From an uncultured Actinomycetota bacterium (GTDB lineage: Bacteria > Actinomycetota > Actinomycetes > S36-B12 > UBA10799), in NCBI GenBank assembly GCA_963732355.1, contig CAVSZD010000010.1, forward strand, positions 50,505 to 114,504: a stretch of DNA of 64,000 nt. Reading direction: 5' to 3'. The notes under the pieces were generated by a model that ran no database searches, was not told the DNA's origin, and worked only from the letters and a program-made list of their open reading frames with translations. A program made the translations under genes and the position numbers. Of the stretch, positions 1-8,071 are shown one piece after another (the first letter of the stretch is position 1; each line of letters starts with the position of its first letter).

Positions 1-1
1 G

Positions 2-493
2 GAACTCGTCGAGTTCCCACTGCCCGAGGCGTTCCTGCAGGCCCAGTTGAGCGAGCACTTCCAAGACGGACACGGTGACGACGAGCACCGCGCCGAGGTC
101 GAGGAGAACACGCGCACGTCGCTGAAGACCCAACTCATCCTGGACAAGATCGCTGACGCCGAGCAGTTGGGGGTCGAGCAGGCCGAGTTGATCCAGTGGC
201 TGGTTCAGCAGGCCCCGCGCTACGGCATGTCGGCCGACCAGTTCGCAAACGCCCTGGCCGAAGCCAACCAGGTGGGCACGGCGATGGCCGATGTCCGCCG
301 GGGCAAGGCGCTGGCCCTGGTGCTCCAGCAGGCGAAGGTCACCGATGCCTCGGGCCAGGTAGTGGATCTCACCAAGCTCGACCAGACCGATGAGAGCCAG
401 ATCGAGCAGATCATCGAAGAGGTGCAGGCCGAGCAGGCGGAAGCTGAGGCCGAGGTTGAGGTTGAGGCGGCCGACGCCGACGCCGAAAAGTAG
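2..493 (+). CDS. tig: trigger factor, C-terminal part (5' end lies outside the window)
   Basis: The frame is open from nt 2. The translation (..[47 protein letters not shown]..) looks like the C-terminal arm of trigger factor. Canonical tig-clpP-clpX synteny follows. Confidence 0.8.
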   Translation, partial: ELVEFPLPEAFLQAQLSEHFQDGHGDDEHRAEVEENTRTSLKTQLILDKIADAEQLGVEQAELIQWLVQQAPRYGMSADQFANALAEANQVGTAMADVRRGKALALVLQQAKVTDASGQVVDLTKLDQTDESQIEQIIEEVQAEQAEAEAEVEVEAADADAEK

Positions 494-582
494 ACCTGTC
501 CACGCCGACAGCGAACAAGGCGACTTTCCGGAATGGTGGTGTCGCAGGTCCGCGTTAGGGTCGATAAGACACACCAACTCAC

Positions 583-1215
583 GTGGAGGCAGTCGCAGTG
601 AACGACCTCACCCCGAAGGCCGCAGGACCCCAGCCGGGTCCCATGGGCTACGACGACTCAGTTTTCCAACGCCTGCTCAAGGAACGCATCATCTTCCTGG
701 GTTCGCCGGTGGAGGACACCGTCGCGAACTTGATCTGCGCGCAGATGTTGCTGCTGGCCGCGGAAGACCCGGATCGCGACATCTACCTCTACATCAACTC
801 CCCGGGTGGCTCGATCTCAGCCGGCATGGCGATCTACGACACGATGCAGTTCGTGCGCAATGACGTCGCAACGGTGGCCATGGGGCTCGCCGCATCGATG
901 GGCCAGTTCCTGCTCAGTTCGGGAGCCCCCGGCAAGCGTTACAGCCTGCCGCACGCGCGGATCATGATGCACCAGCCATCGGGCGGGATCGGCGGCACCG
1001 CCTCCGACATCAAGATCCAGGCCGAGCAGATGCTCTACGTCAAGAAGCAGATGGCCCGCCTAATCGCCGAGCAGACCGGCCAGACGATCGAACAGATCGA
1101 GTCCGACTCAGACCGCGACCGGTGGTTCTCCGCCGACGAGGCCAAGGAGTACGGATTCATCGACAACGTCGTGCAACGCGCCGCAGACGTGACCGGAAGT
1201 GGAGGGACCGCCTGA
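583..1215 (+). CDS. clpP1: ATP-dependent Clp protease proteolytic subunit 1
   Basis: ClpP motifs are present: [19 protein letters not shown], catalytic Ser in GLAASMG, His in IMMHQP. The start is ambiguous (GTG 583, GTG 598 or ATG 643). Confidence 0.9.
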   Translation: MEAVAVNDLTPKAAGPQPGPMGYDDSVFQRLLKERIIFLGSPVEDTVANLICAQMLLLAAEDPDRDIYLYINSPGGSISAGMAIYDTMQFVRNDVATVAMGLAASMGQFLLSSGAPGKRYSLPHARIMMHQPSGGIGGTASDIKIQAEQMLYVKKQMARLIAEQTGQTIEQIESDSDRDRWFSADEAKEYGFIDNVVQRAADVTGSGGTA

Positions 1216-1838
1216 TGGACGCCCGTTCGATGCTTAACCCGCAGAGCAGGTATGTCTTGCCGGAGTTCCGCGAGCGCACCTCTACCGGTGAGCGGATCCA
1301 CAACCCGTACACGAAGCTGTTCGAGGAGAGGATCATCTTCCTCGGCGTGCAGATTGACGACGCTTCGGCCGATGACGTGATGGCCCAGTTGCTGTGCCTG
1401 GAATCGATGGATCCCGACCGCGACATCCAGATCTACATCAACTCTCCGGGCGGTTCCTACACCGCAATGACCGCCATCTACGACACGATGCAGTTCGTCA
1501 AGCCACAGGTCCAGACCGTTTGCCTGGGGCAGGCCGCCTCGGCTGCTGCGGTGCTGCTTGCCGCTGGTGCGCCGGGCAAGCGCTTCGCGCTGCCTCATGC
1601 GCGCATCTTGATCCACCAGCCGTACACAGAGGGTGGCGGCCAGGGTTCGGACATCGAGATCCAGGCCAACGAGATCCTGCGTATGCGTAACGAGATGGAG
1701 GGCATTCTTGCCCTGCATACGGGACGCAGCGTCGAGGACATCCAGCACGACATCGAGCGCGACAAGATCCTGACCGCCCCGGCGGCCAAGGAGTACGGCG
1801 TCGTGGATCAGGTCATTACATCGCGCAAAGCGGGGTAG
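1215..1838 (+). CDS. clpP2: ATP-dependent Clp protease proteolytic subunit 2
   Basis: ATG 1215 shares one nt with the clpP1 stop (TGATG). Motifs [26 protein letters not shown] and ILIHQP are present. The upstream part of ORF 1122..1838 overlaps clpP1 and is not coding. Confidence 0.9.
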   Translation: MDARSMLNPQSRYVLPEFRERTSTGERIHNPYTKLFEERIIFLGVQIDDASADDVMAQLLCLESMDPDRDIQIYINSPGGSYTAMTAIYDTMQFVKPQVQTVCLGQAASAAAVLLAAGAPGKRFALPHARILIHQPYTEGGGQGSDIEIQANEILRMRNEMEGILALHTGRSVEDIQHDIERDKILTAPAAKEYGVVDQVITSRKAG

Positions 1839-1857
1839 TTGGCGTTGGTGGTGCGAA

Positions 1858-1916
1858 GGCGCGCCATGAAGTGCGCGCCACGCGGCGCGTTCCCGACGGA
1901 CTCGGGGTACCGTCGG
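1858..1916 (+). promoter_or_regulatory. two GC-rich stem-loops in the clpP2-clpX spacer (possible partial terminator or attenuator)
   Basis: GGCGCGC(1858-1864)/GCGCGCC(1873-1879) has an 8-nt loop. CCGACGG(1893-1899)/CCGTCGG(1910-1916) has a 10-nt loop. No U-tract follows either. Confidence 0.25.
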
Positions 1917-1952
1917 TAGAGGAGTTCGAACAATCCGCGGAAGGGACTACTG

Positions 1953-3225
1953 GTGGCTCGCATCGGTGAGGGGGCGGATCTGCTCAAGTGCTCGTTCTGC
2001 GGAAAGAGCCAGAAGCAGGTTAAGAAACTGATCGCCGGCCCCGGCGTCTACATCTGCGACGAATGTATTGACCTGTGCAACGAGATCATCGAAGAAGAAC
2101 TGCAGGAGACCGCGGATCTGCAACTCGGTGACCTGCCGAAGCCTCGGGAGATGTTCGAGTTCCTCGACCAATACGTGGTCGGCCAGCAGACGGCGAAGAA
2201 GTCGCTGGCAGTGGCGGTGTACAACCACTACAAGCGCGTGCAGGCCGGCAACACGGTCGGTCGCCGTGATGACGGTGTTGAACTGGCAAAGTCCAACATC
2301 CTGCTGCTCGGGCCGACCGGTTCCGGTAAGACGCTGCTGGCCCAGACATCTGGCCCGCATGCTGAATGTGCCCTTCGCGATCGCTGATGCCACCGCCCTG
2401 ACCGAGGCGGGTTACGTCGGTGAGGACGTCGAGAACATCCTGCTGAAGCTGATCCAGGCTGCTGATTACGACGTGAAGAAGGCCGAGACCGGCATCATCT
2501 ACATCGACGAGATTGACAAGGTCGCCCGCAAGAGCGAGAACCCGTCGATCACTCGCGATGTGTCCGGCGAAGGCGTTCAGCAGGCATTGCTGAAGATCCT
2601 CGAGGGCACGCAGGCCTCCGTCCCGCCGCAGGGGGGTCGCAAGCACCCGCACCAGGAGTTCATCCAGATCGACACCACGAATGTCCTGTTCATCGTCGGG
2701 GGCGCGTTCTCCGGTCTGGACAGGATCATCGAGGCGCGGATCGGCAAGAAGTCCCTGGGGTTCACTGCGGAGATCGTGGAGGACACCAACCCGGGCGACG
2801 TGTTCAGCGAGGTGCTTCCCGAGGACCTGCTCAAGTTCGGCATGATCCCGGAGTTCATCGGCCGGCTGCCGGTGTTCACCTCGGTGACCCAGCTCGACCG
2901 GGAGGCCCTGATCAAGGTCCTGACCGAGCCCAAGAACGCGCTGACCAGGCAGTACCAGCGACTCTTCGAGCTTGACGGTGTTGAGCTGGAGTTTGAGGAC
3001 GAGGCGCTGGCGGCGATCGCCGATCAGGGGCTGCTGCGCGGCACCGGAGCTCGGGGGTTGCGGGCAATCCTCGAAGAGGTCCTGCTCAACGTCATGTACG
3101 ACGTGCCCAGCCGCGAAGACATCGCCACGGTCAAGATCACCCGCGAGGTGGTGGAGGACAACGTCAACCCGACGCTTGTCCCGCGCAAGCCCAACCGCCG
3201 GGAGCGCGGCGAGAAGACGGCGTAG
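1953..3225 (+). pseudogene. clpX: ATP-dependent Clp protease ATP-binding subunit ClpX, reading frame interrupted by a 1-nt insertion near nt 2349
   Basis: ORF 1953..2387 carries the zinc-binding CSFCGK..CDEC motif and Walker [17 protein letters not shown] 2068..3225 continues exactly with [34 protein letters not shown].. to the C-terminus. Removing T2349 fuses them into one 423-aa ClpX. Confidence 0.9.
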
Positions 3226-3241
3226 GTTCGCCGGGTCCGGT

Positions 3242-3355
3242 TTGTTGCGTTGTTGAGGCGGGTTGAGCTTCATTGTTGTGTTGTTGCTCGTTCAGTGGCG
3301 GCAAACCAGCAACAACACGACAAGCGGAGGATTGCTACCCGTAACAACGCAACAA
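3242..3355. repeat. nested inverted repeat (long imperfect hairpin) between convergent clpX and the 3388..4212 gene
   Basis: Outer arms are TTGTTGCGTTGTT (3242-3254) and AACAACGCAACAA (3343-3355), 13/13 complementary. Inner arms are GTGTTGTTGCT (3278-3288) and AGCAACAACAC (3308-3318), 11/11. The region is visibly less GC-rich than its flanks. Confidence 0.7.
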
Positions 3356-3387
3356 TCGCTTACCGGAGACTGCCTCTCCCACTGTGA

Positions 3388-4212
3388 TCAGTAGGAGCAG
3401 TCCTTGGCCCCGCGAATCCACTGCAGACCGGTGTCAACGCTGGTCGGGGGTCCGGCGGTATTCGCTCCAGGACCCCAGTACTGGACGTTTGCCGCACCGT
3501 TGGCAGCCACCCGCACTGAGTAGTGCGTGGTATTGCCGTAGGAATCCAGTGAGAAGGAAACGCCCCAAGCGCCGTCCGCCTTCTGCTCGGCTCCGATGAT
3601 GGAGGTGATGCTACCCACGGATCTGATGTCGGACCCTGAGGTGTTGGTCAGTCGGCAGTACCAGTGTGTCCCGTCCTCGAAGAACCCGTAGCGGATCTCC
3701 ACCGCACAATTCGGCCACCCAGCCGGGCAGTCCGTAACGGTTGAATTGGCGAAGTAGCCCTTGATTGCGTCAAATGCGGCCTGGCCGGTCCGGTCAGTCC
3801 CCGGGGCGGCGAACAGCGGCGCAGCGGGACCAGGCCCAGGGGCGGGACCAGGACCAGGCCCGGGCGGTGTGGGCGAGTTGCCAACCACCGTGGCGTTGAG
3901 GGTCTTGTTCTTGCCACCTACCTTGGCCTTGATCTTCGCCTTCGCGCCGCTCATCGCAGCCAGGGCCTGGGCGCTCAGCGGTTTGGTCCGCCAGGACTTG
4001 CCCGAACGCTTGAGCGGGTAGCGAGTACCCGCCACGATCAATGCCGCCTTGGTTGGTCGTTTCCCGGGAATCTTGACCACGACCCGGTCGCCAGTGGTCA
4101 CCGCTGTCGGCTTCGCGGCCAGCGTTTGAGCAGTGGCCGGCGAGGCGAGCAGCCCGAGCGTCAGGGCGGCGGCACAAAGGATGGTCAGTAGGGCTTTGGT
4201 CACGGCGCGCAT
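3388..4212 (-). CDS. secreted hypothetical protein with a Pro/Gly linker and a Cys-containing C-terminal domain
   Basis: A signal-peptide-like N-terminus is present (MRAVTKALLTILCAAALTLGLLASPATA|QT). A basic domain is followed by the PTPPGPGPGPAPGPGPAAP linker and a 140-aa domain with 4 Cys. I recognise no family motif. The start could also be TTG 4230. Confidence 0.6.
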   Translation of the reverse strand: MRAVTKALLTILCAAALTLGLLASPATAQTLAAKPTAVTTGDRVVVKIPGKRPTKAALIVAGTRYPLKRSGKSWRTKPLSAQALAAMSGAKAKIKAKVGGKNKTLNATVVGNSPTPPGPGPGPAPGPGPAAPLFAAPGTDRTGQAAFDAIKGYFANSTVTDCPAGWPNCAVEIRYGFFEDGTHWYCRLTNTSGSDIRSVGSITSIIGAEQKADGAWGVSFSLDSYGNTTHYSVRVAANGAANVQYWGPGANTAGPPTSVDTGLQWIRGAKDCSY

Positions 4213-4265
4213 GGGGGAAGGGTAGATCAATCCCGACGGTGTTGCTAGGGTGCTCGGCCGTTTCC

Positions 4266-5246
4266 TCAGTTACCCATGGCGATCAGACGGTCCACGTTGC
4301 CATGGACTTCGAGGCCGGATGAGGTGCCTTCGTCGTCGAGTAGAACCGTTCCATCGGCCGCGATGAGTTGCAGTCCGATCATTGAATCAAGGGTCTCCTC
4401 GACGCGCTTGTGCATCTGGGTGCGGATGGGGGCGTGCAGGAAGGCTCCACCCGGCCTGGTGGCCTTGATCCGCAGAACTGTCCCGTCCCTGCCCCGCACG
4501 GTGAGCCACACGTGCTCGTCGTCTATGCGCAGTTCCTGAACCTTGGCCCCCGTGTACGAAGCGAAGCGGTAGAGCTTGTCGTCGTGACGCAGCCCGATCA
4601 GCAGCCCCTGGAAGCTGCCACGCAGCCACGGGATTGTCGCCACAGACGCCATCAGGCTCACCGAGGGGTCGGCGAAATGATTGGAGTGCATCCACACGTA
4701 ACCGTCGGGGAAGGCCTGGCCCCAGTCCTTCTCGATATAGCCGCGCCCACCTGTGAAATCCAGCGGCTGGCCGTCCAGAACAACCTGACCGGTCAGCCCG
4801 TGGCCGAAGGACACCACCCCGTGGTAGCACTCCATGAACGGCATCCAGGCGTACCAGCCCATGGCACCCGGCGAGCGCCAACTGACCGGCCACGGGTCCA
4901 GAGGCAACTCGAAGTCGACCCGGCCGGACAGGCCTGCATCGGGCAGGTCCAGCACAACCCCGCCGGTGGAGAATCGGTTGGGCCCGACTTGGACGGCGAA
5001 CGTGTCAGTGTGGGCGGTGAACTCGGACATGGGGTAGGGCACGTACCAACTGCGGCCCGAGGCGCCGTCCAGGACCTGCACGAAGGCCTCATGGGGTCCG
5101 TCCGGTTCGGGGGCAAGGAACACCCCGGGGATCAGCGCAAGCCGGGCGTCCTGGGATGGATCCACGAGCTTGACGTACCAGCCCTCGAAGTACTTCGATT
5201 GTCGGCCGTTGCCGTGGTACCCGGCCGGTTTGAGGACTCTGCGCAC
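4266..5246 (-). CDS. tocopherol-cyclase-family (VTE1-like) protein
   Basis: The N-terminal GYHGNG..KYFEGWYVK and the central GYIEKDWGQAFPDGYVWMHSNHF match the hallmark blocks of plant and cyanobacterial tocopherol cyclase (HSGYH..FFEGWYF; EKNWGG.FP..W.W.QCN.F). Confidence 0.65.
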   Translation of the reverse strand: MRRVLKPAGYHGNGRQSKYFEGWYVKLVDPSQDARLALIPGVFLAPEPDGPHEAFVQVLDGASGRSWYVPYPMSEFTAHTDTFAVQVGPNRFSTGGVVLDLPDAGLSGRVDFELPLDPWPVSWRSPGAMGWYAWMPFMECYHGVVSFGHGLTGQVVLDGQPLDFTGGRGYIEKDWGQAFPDGYVWMHSNHFADPSVSLMASVATIPWLRGSFQGLLIGLRHDDKLYRFASYTGAKVQELRIDDEHVWLTVRGRDGTVLRIKATRPGGAFLHAPIRTQMHKRVEETLDSMIGLQLIAADGTVLLDDEGTSSGLEVHGNVDRLIAMGN

Positions 5247-5357
5247 TGCTCAAGCCTGCCAGTGCCCCCGCAGTTGCGAAAGTCGGACCGCAGGCTGGGC
5301 GCGGGCGGGTTTGGGCTGGCTCGGTCACGCGGCTCGACTCGCGGACGGCCCGCATGT

Positions 5358-5439
5358 GGTCCTGGTTAGAGGTTGTGGTCCTCGTTAGCGAAACAACGCG
5401 TGGATTCGCTAACCAACAGCACAACCTCTAACCAGGACC
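5358..5439. repeat. palindromic intergenic element, copy 1 (REP/MITE-like)
   Basis: Outer arms are GGTCCTGGTTAGAGGTTGTG (5358-5377) and CACAACCTCTAACCAGGACC (5420-5439), 20/20 complementary. Inner arms are GTTAGCGAA and TTCGCTAAC, 9/9. A second copy lies at 45110-45177 in inverted orientation. Confidence 0.85.
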
Positions 5440-5477
5440 GAACCGGCAGTGGGCCAGACCCGCCAAACCGCACCGGA

Positions 5478-8012
5478 TCAAGCCTGGTCGGCCAGTTCCG
5501 CGATGACTTCGAAGCCGTCCGCGGTATCGGTGCGCAGTTGGGTGTCCACGCCGCCGGCAGCTTCGAGGTCGGTCCGGGCCGCTTGGACCAGGGCGATCTG
5601 GTCGGCCGGGGCCTTGACCACGCAGTGGGCCAACCGGGCGCGCATCGAGACCTTGTTGTCGCTCTTGACCTTGCGCATGGCCGACAGCACCTGACCGGCC
5701 ACCGACAGGATCATGGGGTCGCCGCCGTCGGGGAGTTCCTCGGGTTGCGGCCAGGTGGCGACGTGAACGCTGCCCTGCTGCCACCACGACCAGACCTCCT
5801 CGGTGACGAACGGCAGGATCGGGGCGAACAGGCGCAGTTGCACCGAGAGCGCCCGCGCCAGCGCAGCCCCAGCCGACGCCGCTTGCTCCTCGCCGTGAGC
5901 GCCGTGTGCGCGCTCCTTGACCAACTCGATGTAGTCGTCGCAGAACGACCAGAAGAAGGACTCCGCCAATTCCAGTGCCCGGGCGTAGTTGTAGTCCTCG
6001 AAGGCCGCGGTGGCCTGGCTGACCACCTCGCGCAGGCCCGCCAGCATCGCCAGGTCCAGGGGTTCGGTGACCGGCGCATCGGGATCGCCTGCGAACGAGA
6101 GGGCGAACTTCGAGGCGTTGAGGATCTTGATCGCCAACCGTCGTCCGACCTTCATCTGCGCCTCGTCGAAGGCGGTGTCGGTGCCCGGCCGGCCGCTCGC
6201 GGCCCAGTACCGAACCGCATCGGCGCCGTGCTGGTCGAGCAGTCCCATTGGGGTCACCACGTTGCCCTTGGACTTCGACATCTTCTTGCGGTCCGGGTCG
6301 AGGATCCAGCCACTGATGGCGGCATGTTTCCAGGGCAGGCAGTCGTCTTCCAGATGTGCGCGCACGACGCTGGAGAAGAGCCAGGTGCGGATGATCTCGT
6401 GAGCCTGCGGCCGAAGGTCCATCGGGTAGACCCGCTTCCACAGGTCCGCGTCGTACTCCCAGCCGCCCGCGATCTGCGGCGTGAGTGAACTCGTGGCCCA
6501 GGTGTCCATCACGTCGGGATCGGCCAGGAAGCCCCCGGCCTGACCCCGCTGGTCCTCGGTGTAACCGGCCGGGACCTGGTCGGAGGGGTCCACGGGCAGT
6601 TGCGACTCGTCGGGCACGAGCACCTGGCTGTAGTCCGGGTTGCCCTCGGAGTCCAGTGCGTACCAGACCGGGATCGGCACACCGAAGAACCGCTGGCGCG
6701 AGATCAACCAGTCGCCGTTCAGGCCCTCGACCCAAGTCCGGTAACGGACCTGCATGTGCGGCGGGTGCCAGTCCAGTTCGGTACCGCGAGCGATCAAGGC
6801 CGCCCGCAGGTCCTCGTCACGGCCGCCGTTGCGGATGTACCACTGCCGGGTGGTCACGATCTCGAGTGGCTTGTCGCCCTTCTCGAAGAACTTGACCGGA
6901 TGGGTGATCGGTTTCAGGTCCCCGACCAGGTCACCGGACTCGCGCAGAAGCTCGGCCATGCGCTCCTTGGCGGTGAACATCGTGGCCCCGGAGATCGCCT
7001 CGTACGCGGCACGGCCCTCGTCAGTGGTGATCCATTCTGGAACGCCGGGGATGACCCGGCCGTCCCACCCGACGATCGGTCTGGTGGGCAGTTGCAGTTC
7101 GCGCCACCAGGTCACGTCGGTGGTGTCACCGAACGTGCAGATCATGGCGATGCCGGATCCCTTCTCGGGGTCGGCGAGCTCATGGGCGACAACCGGGACC
7201 TCGACCCCGAACACCGGCGTGGTGACGGTCTGGCCGAACAGGGGTTGGTAGCGCTGGTCGTCGGGATGGGCGACAAGGGCCACGCAGGCGGCCAGCAACT
7301 CCGGCCGGGTGGTCTCGATGAACACGCGGTCATCGCCGTGGTGGAACCCAACCCGGTGGTAGGCCCCTGGCCGCTCACGATCCTCGAGCTCGGCCTGCGC
7401 GACCGCCGTGCGGAATGTGACGTCCCACAACGTCGGGGCCTCCGACTGGTAGGCCTCTCCACGAGCGAGGTTGCGCAGGAACGCCCGTTGCGAAACCGCA
7501 CGGGCCCGCTCGTCGATGGTCTGGTAGTTGTGCTCCCAGTCCACCGACAGCCCGAGGCGCCGCCACAGATCCTCGAAGACCTTCTCGTCCTCTTCAGTGA
7601 GTCGTTCGCACAGTTCGACGAAGTTGCGCCGCGAGACGGGGACCTGGTTCTTGGAACCGGTCTGCACCTCCAGGTCCGGGTCATAGTGAAGGGAGGGGTC
7701 GCAGCGCACGCCGAAGTAGTTCTGCACCCGCCGCTCGGTGGGCAGCCCGTTGTCGTCCCAACCCATCGGGTAGAACACCTCAAATCCACGCATGCGCTTG
7801 TAACGGGCGATGCAGTCGGTGTGGGTGTAGCTGAAGACGTGCCCGACGTGCAGAGAACCGCTGACGGTTGGCGGCGGGGTATCGATGCTGTAGATCTCGT
7901 CGCGGGTCCGCGTCCGGTCGAAGGTGTACAAGTGGCTGTCGTGCCACTGCGACGCCCATTTGCCATCGAGGCCGTCCACGCTGGGACGCTCGGGAATCCG
8001 CGGGTTGTTCAT
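5478..8012 (-). CDS. valS: valine--tRNA ligase
   Basis: HIGH-type motif SLHVGHVFSY and KMSKSKGN are present, and the length (844 aa) and blocks fit class I ValRS. The start is placed at ATG 8012 (MNNPRIPERP..). The upstream 129 codons of ORF 5478..8399 are Arg-rich and overlap the neighbouring gene. Confidence 0.9.
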   Translation of the reverse strand: MNNPRIPERPSVDGLDGKWASQWHDSHLYTFDRTRTRDEIYSIDTPPPTVSGSLHVGHVFSYTHTDCIARYKRMRGFEVFYPMGWDDNGLPTERRVQNYFGVRCDPSLHYDPDLEVQTGSKNQVPVSRRNFVELCERLTEEDEKVFEDLWRRLGLSVDWEHNYQTIDERARAVSQRAFLRNLARGEAYQSEAPTLWDVTFRTAVAQAELEDRERPGAYHRVGFHHGDDRVFIETTRPELLAACVALVAHPDDQRYQPLFGQTVTTPVFGVEVPVVAHELADPEKGSGIAMICTFGDTTDVTWWRELQLPTRPIVGWDGRVIPGVPEWITTDEGRAAYEAISGATMFTAKERMAELLRESGDLVGDLKPITHPVKFFEKGDKPLEIVTTRQWYIRNGGRDEDLRAALIARGTELDWHPPHMQVRYRTWVEGLNGDWLISRQRFFGVPIPVWYALDSEGNPDYSQVLVPDESQLPVDPSDQVPAGYTEDQRGQAGGFLADPDVMDTWATSSLTPQIAGGWEYDADLWKRVYPMDLRPQAHEIIRTWLFSSVVRAHLEDDCLPWKHAAISGWILDPDRKKMSKSKGNVVTPMGLLDQHGADAVRYWAASGRPGTDTAFDEAQMKVGRRLAIKILNASKFALSFAGDPDAPVTEPLDLAMLAGLREVVSQATAAFEDYNYARALELAESFFWSFCDDYIELVKERAHGAHGEEQAASAGAALARALSVQLRLFAPILPFVTEEVWSWWQQGSVHVATWPQPEELPDGGDPMILSVAGQVLSAMRKVKSDNKVSMRARLAHCVVKAPADQIALVQAARTDLEAAGGVDTQLRTDTADGFEVIAELADQA

Positions 8013-8071
8013 AGTCCACGATTCTATTGCCGGTCCCCAGACGGGCTCCCGAGGTGGGGACGAGGCTGCTT

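Noticed and set aside
500-582. Search for a ClgR-type operator (CGC-N5-GCG dyad) upstream of clpP1.
   Set aside because: Only an imperfect candidate is present (GCGAACAAGGCG at 511-522), and it does not fit the remembered consensus well. I cannot support it without a position-weight-matrix scan.
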